From Eledone cirrhosa (lineage: Eukaryota), in contig OZ024747.1 of assembly GCA_964016885.1 (NCBI GenBank), positions 45,260,001 to 45,324,000 on the forward strand: a DNA stretch of 64,000 nucleotides, read 5' to 3'. Below, piece by piece: positions 39,070 through 52,897 of the stretch (its first letter is position 1; each line of letters opens with the position of its first letter). The position numbers and the translations under genes were made by a program. The notes below the pieces were generated by a model. It worked only from the letters and a program-made list of their open reading frames with translations, was not told where the DNA came from and made no database searches.

Positions 39070-42000
39070 TCATCATCATCATCATCATCAGGTTTAGCGT
39101 CCGTGTTCCACGCTTGCATGGGTTTGGACGGGGGTTTTCCCACTTGAGACAAGAGTGGTTGTCTTGCTCGCATAGGACTGTCTGGCGGGTTTTCTACAGT
39201 TGGATGCCCTTCCTAACACCAACCACATTTACAGTGTGGGGCTGGGAGGTTTTTACCGTGTTGCCTACACGGCCACATTACAGCGTGGACTGTCTGGCGG
39301 GTTTTCTACAGCTGGATGCCCTTCCTAACACCAACCGCATTTACAGTGTGGGGCTGGGAGGTTTTTACCGTGTTGCCTACACGGCCACATTACAGCGTGG
39401 ACTGTCTGGCGGGTTTTCTACAGCTGGATGCCCTTCCTAACACCAACCACATTTACAGTGTGGGGCTGGGAGGTTTTTACCGTGTTGCCTACACGGCCAC
39501 ATTTACAGCGTGGACTGTGTGTTTTTGTCGTGACACCTACACGATCTCATTTGTTTCGGCCTGGATGTTGTGGGACCAACATAACTTTACATTGAAAGGG
39601 GCGGTGTGGGTGGGGTGGAGGTGGTGGGACGGGGGTGTGTTTTGATAGAGATGCCTACTGACTGTAGTAGGTTTTTACTTTGTATTTAGGTAAGGCGGGT
39701 CTTCTCTATTACTGAGTACCGCCAAAGGTCTCGGTCCAGTGACATTGTCTTGGAGAGGTGTAAGCGTGTGAGGTCGGAATTTATCAGCTCGTCCCATGTT
39801 TTTCTGGGTCTGCCTACTCCGTGGCTACCGTCTATCTTTATTGCCCTGCACTTTGTTATACAGCTGTCGTCTTTCATGCGCATCATGTGACCGTACCAAC
39901 GTAGCCTTCTCTCGAGTAAACAACATCTGATCCCTCTTATTTCTAATTTTTTCCTTAGTTCGTTTATGCTTTGCCGTTCACGTATATTACTATTGCACAT
40001 CCAGCGGAGCATGCAAGCTTCGTTCCTCTCTAGTCTGCGTATATCCTCTGCACACAATGCCCAGGTCTCACTGCCATGCAGCATTGCTGTTCGTATGCAG
40101 GCATCGTATAACCTGCCTTTCATTTTTAGGGAGAACCCTCTAGCGGCTAATAGTGGTATAAGCTCTCTGAACTTTTTCCATCCAGTTCTGACTCTAGCTA
40201 CTGTACTTTCAGAGCACCCTCCCCCACTGCTGATTTTGTCACCCAGATAACGGAAGCTGTCCACTATTTCTATAGAACCCTCTGCGCAGTTGAAGGAGCT
40301 AGTATTTGTGGGCACTTGCTGCTACTTATTGCACCAGAGCACCGGCCACATGTAAAATCTATGTTCTTAGTTAGCTTACCTGTGATCCCACTACATCTTT
40401 TATGCACCCATACTTTGCATTTGGGACATAAAATGGAGTTTCTACCTACGCCTTTCCTACACACTGAGCATGGCCATTTCCCCGATGGGACCGCCGCCTT
40501 ATTTTCTTTCCTACAAACTAGAACTTTAGTCTTAGCCAGGTTAATTTTAAGGCCTTTTGATTCTAGGCCGTGCTTCCACGTTTGGAATTTCTTCTCTAGT
40601 TCGGTCATTGATTCAGCTATGAGCGTTAGATCATCTGCGTATAGGAGTTCCCATGGGCAGCCGGTCTTGAACTCCTCTGTTATAGCCTGAAGGGCAATAA
40701 TAAATAGTAGGGGGCTAAGAACAGAGCCCTGATGGACACCAACTTTTACGCTAAACTCTTCACTATATTCGTTGTTAATTCTAACCTTACTGACTGTTTC
40801 TTTATACATGGCTTGTATAGCTCTCACAAGCCATTCGTCAACACCTAGTTTTCTAAGAGACCACCAGATAATGGAACGGGGGACTCTGTCGAAGGCTTTC
40901 TCCAAGTCGACGAAAGCTAAGTATAGGGGTTTACTTTTAGCTAGGTACTTCTCCTGTAGTTGTCGTACAATGAAAAGAGCGTCTGTGGTACTTTTGCCTG
41001 ACACAAACCCGAACTGCATTTCATCTAGATCAATTCTCTCTCTGATTAGTTGCGCTATTACTTTTTCCGTGACCTTCATGACCTGGTCGATTAATTTAAT
41101 GCCTCTATAGTTACTCCTATCTAGGGCATCTCCTTTTCCCTTATAGCAGTTAACGATGATGCTGCTACGCCATTCCTTCGGAACAACCCCATTCTGTACG
41201 ACTTGGTTAACTATCCGGGTGACCATGGTGTGTCCCACCGAACCAGATGCCTTCAGCATCTCAGCAACTATTTCCGAAGGCCCAGCCGCCTTACCCGTCT
41301 TCATATCTTTGATTGCCTTACTTATTATACTACCTTCAACTAACACTGCTGGTCCCTCTATTGGATCGATCTGGGGGAGACTGTCTTTCTCCCATTTGTT
41401 CTCCTCATTTAGAAGCCTTTCGTAGTGACACTTCCAAGCTACCTTCTTATCAGCGTCGGTGATGGCAAGTATGCCATCATTGTTAAGTACACACTTCTCC
41501 CCGACAATATCACGGTTTTCCTTGACACATTGCCTGGCAATCCTGAACACCTCACGTTTTTGGTCCTCACGTTGTAGAACATGCTTGAACTTTCTTTCCT
41601 CTGCTTCCCTTCTTGCGAAGTACACTTGTCTCCTAGCTTCCCTCCTGGCCACTTGATAGTCTTCTCTACTTCCCCCATCCCGCCATACTTTCCAAGCCTG
41701 CTTTTTGGCCTTAATTGACTCCTCCACCTTACTGTTCCACCACCATGTTACTCTCCTCCTACCTACAGGCCTGCTCCAGCCACAGACTTCGTCTGCTGCC
41801 GTCAGCAGGTTTGCTCTCAGGAATTCCCACTGTTCCTCTATATTATACGACTCTAATTGCTCTTCCTTACTGTCGAAAGCATCAAGTAATATGCTTTGAA
41901 ATTTATTTCTGGCTATGGGGTCCTTTAGCTTCCATATTTTTCTCCTGAGGATAGTCCTCTTCCGCTGTCTAGTACGTCTCGTCCTGACTATGAGGTCGCT

Positions 42001-42235
42001 AATTATCAGTCTATGTTGGGAGGTGAATTCTTCATGGGGGTGGGATTTAGTGTTAACAACAGACACTCTGTCACGTCTTCTGGTAAGGATATAATCTACC
42101 TGGCTTGTGTGTTCCCCCGATCTATAGGTGATCAAGTGATTGTCTCGTTTTTTGAAGTTAGTGTTACAGATAGTTAAGTTATTTGCGTCGCAGAATTCCA
42201 GGATTCTGGAGCCTTCCTCATTTCTAGTACCGAAC

Positions 42236-42236
<1 letters not shown>
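39070..42236 (-). mobile_element. RTE-clade LINE (subfamily B), 5'-truncated within the AP endonuclease
   Basis: ORFs 40270..42135 and 39686..40315 (one frameshift). ITYRSG..SQVDYIL..SQHRL endonuclease end, full RT, (CAT)n tail. Confidence 0.95.
39178..39514. repeat. 3 x 112 bp tandem repeat in the RTE 3' UTR
   Basis: Units start at 39178, 39290 and 39402. Single copy at 19677-19790. Confidence 0.92.
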
Positions 42237-42325
<89 letters not shown>

Positions 42326-42372
42326 ATGTGTGTATATATATATATATTTATATGTGTGTATATATATATACA

Positions 42373-43607
42373 CGATCTTTCTAATATATTTAGCTCTGGA
42401 CATAGCTATCCACCAGTTAATTTTATTGCTCATATTTTGTCGATTCTATTGAGTGATGAATAGCTTTTGTTTTATTTTAACATGTCTATTGAGCACTCTA
42501 ATTCGATATGTGTATTTCCACATTCACTCGAATTATTTTCGCGGATATAGGGGTCATCTCCCTTGTCTAATGCCATGTGCGTTTTTCACCGCTAGTTGAC
42601 TCCTTTGCCGCCAGGATAAAACTCGTTGACAACGTAAACTCCATTCCACTTATTCTAGTAGGCTTTTATATTTATATGTGAGCTGATAGAGTACTGTCTA
42701 AGGATTTACAGAAACCCATGAAGCTAGATTTAACACCTTTCTAGTGGGTCCGGGTATGATTTTACATTCATTTAAATTATTGACGTATTGTTTTATTGAT
42801 ATTTTTTATCTGTTTGACCCGAATCTTCCTTTATCGATTTTAAATCGTATGGTTGATTGTAGACTTGTTCTATATGTGACGGTATTTTAACGATAGTTAT
42901 AGCTCTGATTCATCTGAATTATTGAGCCCTCTGCCGCTCATATCGGATTTCGTTTTTCGTTAACTCGTGCGCCGATTTTTCGATACTCGATCTTTCTAAT
43001 ATATTTAGCTCTGGACATAGCTATCCACCAGTTAATTTTATTGCTCATATTTTGTCGATTCTATTGAGTGATGAATAGCTTTTGTTTTATTTTAACATGT
43101 CTATTGAGCACTCTAATTCGATATGTGTATTTCCACATTCACTCGAATTATTTTCGCGGATATAGGGGTCATCTCCCTTGTCTAATGCCATGTGCGTTTT
43201 TCACCGCTAGTTGACTCCTTTGCCGCCAGGATAAAACTCGTTGACAACGTAAACTCCATTCCACTTATTCTAGTAGGCTTTTATATTTATATGTGAGCTG
43301 ATAGAGTACTGTCTAAGGATTTACAGAAACCCATGAAGCTAGATTTAACACCTTTCTAGTGGGTCCGGGTATGATTTTACATTCATTTAAATTATTGACG
43401 TATTGTTTTATTGATATTTTTTATCTGTTTGACCCGAATCTTCCTTTATCGATTTTAAATCGTATGGTTGATTGTAGACTTGTTCTATATGTGACGGTAT
43501 TTTAACGATAGTTATAGCTCTGATTCATCTGAATTATTGAGCCCTCTGCCGCTCATATCGGATTTCGTTTTTCGTTAACTCGTGCGCCGATTTTTCGATA
43601 CTCGATC

Positions 43608-43618
<11 letters not shown>
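42373..43618. repeat. Head-to-tail dimer of a 615 bp non-coding unit in (TA)n
   Basis: CGATCTTTCTAATATAT starts at 42373, 42988 and 43603. The copies appear identical. Confidence 0.95.
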
Positions 43619-43650
<32 letters not shown>

Positions 43651-43681
43651 AAGAATCAAAGAACTGTTCAAAACATTATTG

Positions 43682-43729
43682 TGCTTACAGCTGTTTCCTC
43701 CAAACCGAGGTTTGGATTCTTCGGAGCAA
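43682..43729 (-). ncRNA. Hammerhead motif, U4C variant
   Basis: TGCT-CCGAAGA-a-TCCAAACC-tc-GGTTTGGA-g-GAAAC-agct-GTA-AGCA. Stem III is palindromic (ACAGCTGT). Confidence 0.7.
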
Positions 43730-46529
43730 TTTATTAATGCATGGACAGTTATATGACCTCCTTTTCAGCCGAGAGACATACCAATACATATTCAAACATT
43801 GATACATATTCAAACATTGTGGGTCAACATTCATTACAGAATTTAGAGTGGCAGTACACACTTCGAGATTACATTTATATTAATAGGTACAATTAAAAAT
43901 CAAAAATATAGGTTAAAATACAACATGAAGATAAGCAGTTATATAGTGCAAATGTTATATGTGTGGCACGCATATGCGTCTTGTTTATATAGTGTGGCAG
44001 AGAGATATGTGTGGTAGAGGCACTTAGGTAGGTAAATAAGAGTGTTAGGTTGGTAGATCTGGTGGCAAATTCTTTATATGATTGATATAGTCTGTGTGTG
44101 GAGAAATATTATAAGCATTAAAGATAGTGCAAGCATTAAAAGTGTTATAAGTATTGGAGATGCACAGCGCAGGGATGTCAAGTATTTCATGTACTTCGGC
44201 ATTTTCATGGTCAGGGGAGTGTATTTTTCGATTATATGCCCTTCACATAATCCACGACAATCCAGTTAGAGATCGTAGTCTGGTGTTCATTAGTTCGATA
44301 CAGGAGGTTTTTACGTTTCGAGAAACGCCATTGAATACCGACCGGAAGTGTGTGTGTGGCTAAGGGGAGTTAATGCATGCGGGGAGGTAACTCTGGGGTT
44401 TCTATATCTAGCCATTAAAATGTGTCCCAATATAGACCCTAAATTCTATGGTGATGCGCATCTTCCAAGAGAGATTTTTAAAGCATAAAGTGTATTAACT
44501 ATAGAGTAGTTTAATTAAGTTATGCTGACGGTGATCATATTATTATGGTGGATTAACCCATCTTAAGGTGCCACAAATGGAAATTATAGATGATGAGTGA
44601 GGATTCTAAATTAATGATCTCTGTGGTTGTAGTCTGCTCATATGACCAGGCGCGGTGATTGCAGGATTGCTTCAGGACCCAATGATCTCTGGTAAAATCT
44701 GGGTCATCGCTTGCTACATTGGATGTTGAAAGATAATCATCCCGAGGCCGGCCAAAGGTCAATCCGCAGTCCTCGCGACCCCTCTCTGACCGTCAGATCA
44801 TCCATATACGTACAACCCGCACGGCAGTTGCAATGCATTCACTCACTGCGCTCAGCAGCCCGGTCCTACTGGTCAACAGCGCTACTCGATTAAATCATTT
44901 TACATCTGTCTAAGGAAGGTGTTTCCTCTGCGCAACACTATCCAACCGATCAATTCATGCTCAAATTACCCTTAGAGCGGTGTAGTGCCGTTCAAGTGGG
45001 TGGATGTTGTCACACCTGCCGTAGAGGTATAAATGGGTATTCTCCCTGCGAAGGGTTCCAGAGGGATGTCGTTGTTTGTGTTATAATGGATCAGTTAGTG
45101 TTGGGTATGTAGTATAAGGTGTGTCTCTGGTGTTTGATGCTAGATGTGGTGTTAGGTTCCAGTCCGACATTGCTATATATTGGGCTTAAAGTTTTGGAAG
45201 GAATGTCTGAGGCGGTGCTGGCAAGTTGCAAACACCTCAGATTTTTTGTTAAGTAGGTTACGGTTGGAGAAGATAATATTGTGTGTCTCTAGTATACAGA
45301 GGTTACAGAATTTATTAGTTGGTTTGTACTAGGTCGCGCTGCCTATCAATTCCCATTTGAGTGTGTATGGTTTATTTTTAGATTTTAGATAGTGTATGTA
45401 GCTAGAAAGTGAGGTGGAGTTGGCTAGGCTGTGCTTTTTGAACGAGTGGATGTGCGAATTATATCTGATTTTGAAGCAGTTAGAAGTGGAGCCTACATAG
45501 GTTTCTGAAGAGTTATTAGTCGTGACGGTGCATGAGTATATGACATCCTTGGTTAGGCATTTTTTATCTAAAGGGCAGGTTCTATTAGCTCTACAGTTAC
45601 AATTATCCTGTGCGTTAGTCCGCTGGTTATAATGCAATGCGGAAGTCTGTGTGGTAGATATAGGATTTTGGGTGTTCGGGTTGACAACCCTGGTGTTATT
45701 ACTTATACTAGTGTTATTTCTATTGTTACTGCCGTTGCTATGGTTGCTTGCTACAGTGGTATTTAGAGGGTTTGCATCCCGTTGTGATTTTGTTTGTTGG
45801 AAGTAAGAACTAATTTTACTATTATTGCTGCTAGCTATGTGGTATGCTAAGTTAGGCGTCGTAGAGTATGAGATTTTAATGGTGTTTTTGTTTAAGAGGT
45901 TGTGGTACTTGTGTCCTAGAGGGAAGTTTTTATCTAGTAGTGAGAAGAAAGCCCTAGGTATGTTGGTGGAGACATTTAGGTTGAAAGGAGGGTTGAAAAA
46001 TGTATTATTTCTTCTTCTATTTTTGCTTTTAGTGTTTGGTGTGTTGCTTCCTCCTAAGGCCCCACAGTAGTTTCCATGGTAATGGTTACTTCCGGTGGCA
46101 GCAGCCGCTTTGGTGTACTTGTGGTTGCTATTCCTATTATTAGATTTCCTCATGGACATGTTGTGCGAGATGATGTTGTAGCTATGTGTTTTCTTAGGTA
46201 GGAACTCAATTTCTATATTATGGCCGGAGCTAGCTAATGCTTGATTGTAATAATGTGACTTTTTGCTAAATATGTTTGCGTCATAGGACTATATAAATAT
46301 GTTTGCGTCATTGCACTATATAACCGCTTATATGTTGTATTTTAACCTATATTTTTGATTTTTGATTGTACCTATTAATATAAATGTAATCTCGAAGTGT
46401 GTACTGCCACTCTAAATTCTGTAATGAATGTTGACCCACAATGTTTGAATATGTATCAATGTTTGAATATGTATTGGTATGTCTCTTGGCTGAAAAGGAG
46501 GTCATATAACTGTCCATGCATTAATAAAT

Positions 46530-46577
46530 TGCTCCGAAGAATCCAAACCTCGGTTTGGAGGAAACAGGTGTAAGCAC
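46530..46577 (+). ncRNA. Hammerhead motif, U4C variant (inverted copy)
   Basis: Same as 43682-43729 except loop III reads AGGT. Confidence 0.68.
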
Positions 46578-46829
46578 AATAATGTTTTGAACAGTTCTTT
46601 GATTCTTATATTTCATATAACTGCTCTGTAAATCATCTGATGTTTTTACATTGAGCTACTTAACTTACTGGTAATAAGGTAGTAATACATTACTGCCTAC
46701 CACTATTTAGGGTGTGTGTAAAATACTTATAACTGCTTAAGGTTTTGTATTTACATAACCATAAATAGTATAACTAATACTATATATATATTTATATGTG
46801 TGTATATATATGTATATATATATATTTAG

Positions 46830-46889
<60 letters not shown>

Positions 46890-46890
46890 T

Positions 46891-46931
<41 letters not shown>

Positions 46932-46936
46932 GTGTG

Positions 46937-47033
<97 letters not shown>

Positions 47034-47034
47034 T

Positions 47035-47081
<47 letters not shown>

Positions 47082-47102
47082 GTGTATATATATATATATA
47101 TT

Positions 47103-47133
<31 letters not shown>

Positions 47134-47194
47134 TTATATGTGTATATATATATATATATATATTTATATGTGTATATATATATATATATATATT

Positions 47195-47235
<41 letters not shown>

Positions 47236-47260
47236 GTGTATATATATATATATATATATT

Positions 47261-47296
<36 letters not shown>

Positions 47297-47339
47297 CGAT
47301 ATTAAATAAATGGAAACTATATTTATAAAACCATATTTA

Positions 47340-47401
47340 TTTCATTATATATATTTCAGGGATATCATATTAAAAATATGGTATGCCTTCATCAGACAAA
47401 A
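47340..47401 (-). ncRNA. Type I hammerhead motif in a ~175 bp PLE-end unit (47297-47473)
   Basis: TTTTGT-CTGATGA-AGG...CATATT-ttt-AATATG...CCT-GAAAT-atat-ATA-ATGAAA. Confidence 0.72.
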
Positions 47402-47471
47402 TACAATATAAACGGCTGTCGGCAATAAACTTGTTATAATGTCATAATAGTTCCTTTGTTCTTTTTCACTA

Positions 47472-47641
<170 letters not shown>

Positions 47642-47653
47642 TTATATGTGTAA

Positions 47654-47685
<32 letters not shown>

Positions 47686-47706
47686 GTGTATATATATATA
47701 TATATT

Positions 47707-47737
<31 letters not shown>

Positions 47738-47798
47738 TTATATGTGTATATATATATATATATATATTTATATGCGTATATATATATATATATATATT

Positions 47799-47829
<31 letters not shown>

Positions 47830-47890
47830 TTATATGTGTATATATATATATATATATATTTATATGTGTATATATATATATATATATATT

Positions 47891-47943
<53 letters not shown>

Positions 47944-47985
47944 GATATTAAATAAATGGAAACTATATTTATAAAACCATATTTA

Positions 47986-48047
47986 TTTCATTATATATAT
48001 TTCAGGGATATCATATTAAAAATATGGTATGCCTTCATCAGACAAAA
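47986..48047 (-). ncRNA. Type I hammerhead motif, identical tandem copy (period 646 bp)
   Basis: 47943-48118 duplicates 47297-47473. Confidence 0.72.
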
Positions 48048-48117
48048 TACAATATAAACGGCTGTCGGCAATAAACTTGTTATAATGTCATAATAGTTCC
48101 TTTGTTCTTTTTCACTA

Positions 48118-48325
<208 letters not shown>

Positions 48326-48347
48326 GTATATATATATATATATATAT

Positions 48348-48405
<58 letters not shown>

Positions 48406-48602
48406 ATAATCTTTCATTCATAATATTCTTTTCCATCCAAAACTGAAATCTACCTTCCTCTACCCATAAATTAAGGTTCTTTTACTACTAGATTACTATC
48501 TTGACCTTCACTATCTTTCTATTGGTCAATTCAAAACCTGTTCCCAAACAGACCTATTGTATTAAATCTTGGTTTTTTTCAATAAACAAATATCATTATA
48601 GA

Positions 48603-48768
48603 GAGTCGGACGCCATGCTTTCCAGTATAGTTACGTCCTCCCTTTACAGTCTGAGTTCAAATCCCGCCGAGGTTAACTTTGCCTTTCATCCTTACGGGGT
48701 CGATAAAATAAAGTACCAGTAATGTACTGGGTAATTGATGGCCTTGTGCCAAAAGTAGAAACAATTAT
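48603..48768 (+). mobile_element. SINE family A, 5'-truncated
   Basis: B-box GAGTTCAAATCC and core present. Confidence 0.88.
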
Positions 48769-48953
48769 TTCTGAAGACAGCATATATATGTGTAGGTATG
48801 TATATTCCCTCTGATAGTTTGTATAAATATTTTACATAGATCTATAGAATATGCATACCAACTCTAACACACATATATATCCTAGAAACGATCGTAAAAT
48901 GATGAATTTTTTAATATAAGGAACTGTTTCTTTGTTTATTTATTACTTTATTA

Positions 48954-48985
<32 letters not shown>

Positions 48986-48992
<7 letters not shown>

Positions 48993-49163
48993 TGAGATTC
49001 TACAGGACTAGAACTGTTTCATTCATTAGAAATCATCAGATGATTTCTAATGAATGAAACAGTTCTAGTCCTGTAGAATCTCATCTATATTAAAACTGTT
49101 ATACTCTGCTATGTATTGAGTACCTTACTTACTGTGGTTACCTCCGATTCAACCCGGAATAAC
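48986..49163. mobile_element. Fold-back palindrome centred on the hammerhead CUGA core
   Basis: Perfect 52 bp arms around base 49038. Minus strand reads CTGATGA-tTTC-taat-GAA-t-GAAAC-agttcta-GTC. Confidence 0.75.
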
Positions 49164-49303
49164 GTATATATATATATATATATATGTGTGTATATATATA
49201 TATATATCATCATCATCATCGTTTAACGTCCATCTTCCATGGGTATATATATATTTATATGTGTATATATATATTTATATGTGTATATATATATATATAT
49301 TTA

Positions 49304-49370
<67 letters not shown>

Positions 49371-49465
49371 TTATATGTGTATATATATATATATTTATGT
49401 GTATATTTATATATATATATATATATATTTATATGTGTACATATATATATATATTTATATGTGTA

Positions 49466-49501
<36 letters not shown>

Positions 49502-49698
49502 GTGTGTATATATATATATTTATATGTGTATATATATATTTATATGTGTGTATATATATATATTTATATGTGTATATATATATATGTATATGTGTATATA
49601 TATGCATGTATATATATATATATATGTTTATATATGTATGTATATATATGCATATATATATGTTTATGAATGCATGTATATATATATGCATATATATG

Positions 49699-51683
49699 TA
49701 ATAATAATAATAATAATAATGAAATTATTGTGTACAGTGCTCAGGTGCACTACAACTCATCAAAGGTGCATGTATAGTACATAGAATAATGTACAAATGT
49801 CAGGAAAATAAACAGTGTATGAGTCATGATATAATAACAATAACAAAATATTGTGCACAGTGCCCAGGTGCACCACAACTCATCAAAAAAGTGCATGTAC
49901 AGTACATAGGGCAATGCACAAACATCAGTAAAATGAACAGTGCACGAGTCATGATACACACATGTGTGCATGTGTATGGAAGGGGTACATCAGGTGTAGT
50001 TTTGGCGTATTTTGGGAAGCATGAGTGTCTTAAAGGATGCAGTGTCTCGGCAGCTAACAATTGACGCAGGCAGTTTGTTCCATGCTTCAGCAACTCTGAG
50101 CGTGAAAAAATGTCTGCGAAAGTCATGGGAGCTGTGCTGTTTTCTTATCTTGTAGGCATGTCCACGTGTGTTAGACACATGGAGATCAAAGAGGCGCTCA
50201 GGATTGCAGTTGGCGAGATGGTTAAAAACTTTGTGGGTATTCACCAAGTCCATTGCCAGACGTCGGAGCTTCAATGAATCCATGCCCAGGGAAGCAAGGC
50301 GTTCAGAGTATGGTAGGTGTCTGATGGAGGGTATGCGCTTGGTTGCACGTCTCTGAACAGTTTCCAGGAGGTCAATGTTCCGAGCAAGATAGGGGTTCCA
50401 GACTGATGATGCGAATTCCAAGTGTGGTCGCACCATAGCTGTATACAGTTTTAAATAGATGGCTGGAGAGAGGCTAACAAAGGTCTTGCTGAGTGATGCC
50501 AAGACACCCTCGGCCTTCTTGACAATCTTAGAGACATGCTTTGTCCAACGCAAATCGTTGCTGACAGTAATGCCCAGGTCACATTCACAAGAGGACTTTT
50601 TGATGTCAGTGTTGTGGAGGGAGTATGTGGACGCTGGATTTTTCCTTCCAAAATGCATGGTGGTACACTTGTCCACAGCCAGCTTCAGTTGCCAGTCTGT
50701 GATCCATTGCTGCATTGTGTCCAGGTCTGATTGTAGGAAAGAGTTGTAAATTTCAGGATCAGTCCTTTTGATTTCAAGGTACAGCTTGATGTCATCTGCA
50801 TATTTTAGTACCGTGGCATTCTGTAAGTTGGCATCTATGTCATTAATATATGCCACAAACAAAAGAGGACCAAGAACAGATCCCTGTGGTACACCAGATG
50901 ACATCTCATATGGTGAAGAATGCTGTCCTAGAACCGTGACTACTTCCTTTCGGCTGAGAATGAAGGATTTCAGCCAGTCGAAAAGATCATCCTTCACACC
51001 CATTGCAGAGAGTTTTGCCATAAGTCTTTTGTGTGGCACAGAATTAAAAGCCTTAGCAAAGTCAAGGTAAACAACATCCACCCATGAGCCGCTGTCAGTG
51101 ATCCGGGTGATGTCCTCAAGAAACTCGATAAGCTGATCACAGCAGCTGGAGTTAGGGATAAATCCAAACTGTGAGGGCCGGATGAGGCTGTGAGAGCTCC
51201 AGAAGTTCCAAAGTGTTTCTCTGACACAGGATTCCATCAGTTTGGCCATACAGCTAGTAAGACTGACTGGACGATAGTTGACAGGTGACATGCGGTTGCC
51301 CTTTTTGAACAGGGGAATTACACTGGCAGTTTTCCACTGCTCCGGAGTAGCACCATTGCTGAGACAGTATTGAAAGAAAAAAGAAAGCTGGCGCAAAAGG
51401 AAATCCCCGCCACGTTTGAGAAGCAGGTATGTCACACCATCAAGACCAGGGGAGGCATAGTTGCGCTTATTCTTAAGGTGACGTCGCAACATTGCAGGTG
51501 TAAATTCCATAGTTGTTATGGAATTTGATGTTAGAGATGGTGGAGATGGTACATTCTGGTCTTCAACAGTAAAAATACTTGCATAGCACTCAGCAATGAG
51601 TTCTGCGCATTCCTTGGGATCGTCAGTGATCTGGCTTGTGTGGGGATTGCGAAGAGGACCAACTGGAGAGTGAGGTCTCTGCT
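49699..51683 (-). mobile_element. CR1-type LINE, 5'-truncated
   Basis: Uninterrupted 506 aa ORF 49990..51510 (NYRPVSL, YLDFAKAF, GVPQGSVLGP, YADD, TRGH..K, FFTLRV..WNKLP). (TTA)n tail and a ~120 bp duplication in the 3' UTR. Confidence 0.93.
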
Positions 51684-51686
51684 ATG

Positions 51687-51792
<106 letters not shown>

Positions 51793-51913
51793 CATAAATA
51801 AGACAGTTATTGCTCTAATTAGTCTACTTCCCTCAGAAAATACCCTAAACCCAACAACCTGTACCCATGATTTTTATCAAATATGTGTGTTTATATACAT
51901 AAATTTGTGTGTT

Positions 51914-51944
<31 letters not shown>

Positions 51945-52422
51945 TTATATTTTCTGTATCTATCCGTTGTGATCCTGTCACTATTTTTGTGCTCCTGAAG
52001 AAGGGCTAAAGCCCAACATGTCTAACTTTCTTTCCTCTTTTTCCATATAAAGCTTGCAACTAATAAGACATTTTGCACGTCTGTTTTGTTGTTTCCATAT
52101 ATATATATATGTTTGTATGTATATATATATGTGTGTATATGTGAGTGTATGTGTATATATATATATACACACACATACATAATTTAGGCATAAATGATGA
52201 CAAGACATTTTTTTCTAAACTAAATGGGGTCAACAACAGAAGCGAGTTATTTCTATAGAATGCATCACATTCGAGATTAGTTTTGTAATATTTTGAAGTG
52301 TCCATTTAAAAGAGAGCTTCAAATTTCTCACTCACTCCCTCTTTTTCTCTATTTCTATATATATCTCTCTATATATATCAATGATATTAATAAATGGGAA
52401 CTATATTTATAAAACCATATTT

Positions 52423-52480
52423 ATTCTATTATATATATTTCAAGGGTACCAAAATTTTGTTACGCTCTCATCAGATAAAT
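52423..52480 (-). ncRNA. Type I hammerhead motif, diverged relative of 47340-47401
   Basis: ATTTAT-CTGATGA-GAG-cgtaacaaaattttggtacc-CTT-GAAAT-atat-ATA-ATAGA. Core unchanged, stems changed but still paired. Confidence 0.72.
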
Positions 52481-52897
52481 TACAAAATGTTTTATAAATA
52501 TTGACATATCCAGGAACGAGATCTTAACGGTTCAAGTTTTTCTGTTGAATTACCAACAAATTAAATATCCCTTTGCTTATATATATATATATATATATGT
52601 ATATGTGTATGTGTGTGTGTGTCTGTGTGTCTGTGTATTGGTGTGGACGTAAATGTACCATTTCTCTTCATACACCCACATAAAAATACACCCACACAAA
52701 CACTCATACATGATTTAACATAGTAGTCATGTTCCCCTGCTTGCATGGTGTCATGAATGCTATGGCTGGATGCCCTTTCTATTTATAAAATCTTTACAGT
52801 CTTTACTGAAAGCATTTTATCATGGTACCAATACTACAAACTTACAGCATGGTCTAGGTGTCTTTTATTGTGACACCAGCACTATGTATCGATATAT

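Larger units (their letters stand above)
43640..46785 (-). mobile_element. 5'-truncated Penelope-like element with inverted pseudo-LTR (Hydra-like)
   Basis: ORF 45329..46159: FNPPFN, CNCRANRTCPL (CxCx5C), VIY...YVGST GIY-YIG. Past the TAG the frame continues FCNLC...LNKKSE..CQH. 43640-43951 is inverted at 46311-46617. Clade label is from recalled motifs. Confidence 0.85.

Noticed and set aside
45329-45331. In-frame stop in the PLE endonuclease as possible selenocysteine recoding
   Set aside because: The codon is TAG, not TGA, so a simple nonsense mutation is more likely.
48881-48900. GAAAC-GATC-GTA, resembling a hammerhead 3' half
   Set aside because: No CUGANGA half or stem II, and no second copy to support it.
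51995-52022. CTGAAGA-AGGGCTAAAGCCC-AACATGTC hammerhead-like string
   Set aside because: The GAAA core is deleted and stem I is absent. At most a decayed remnant.
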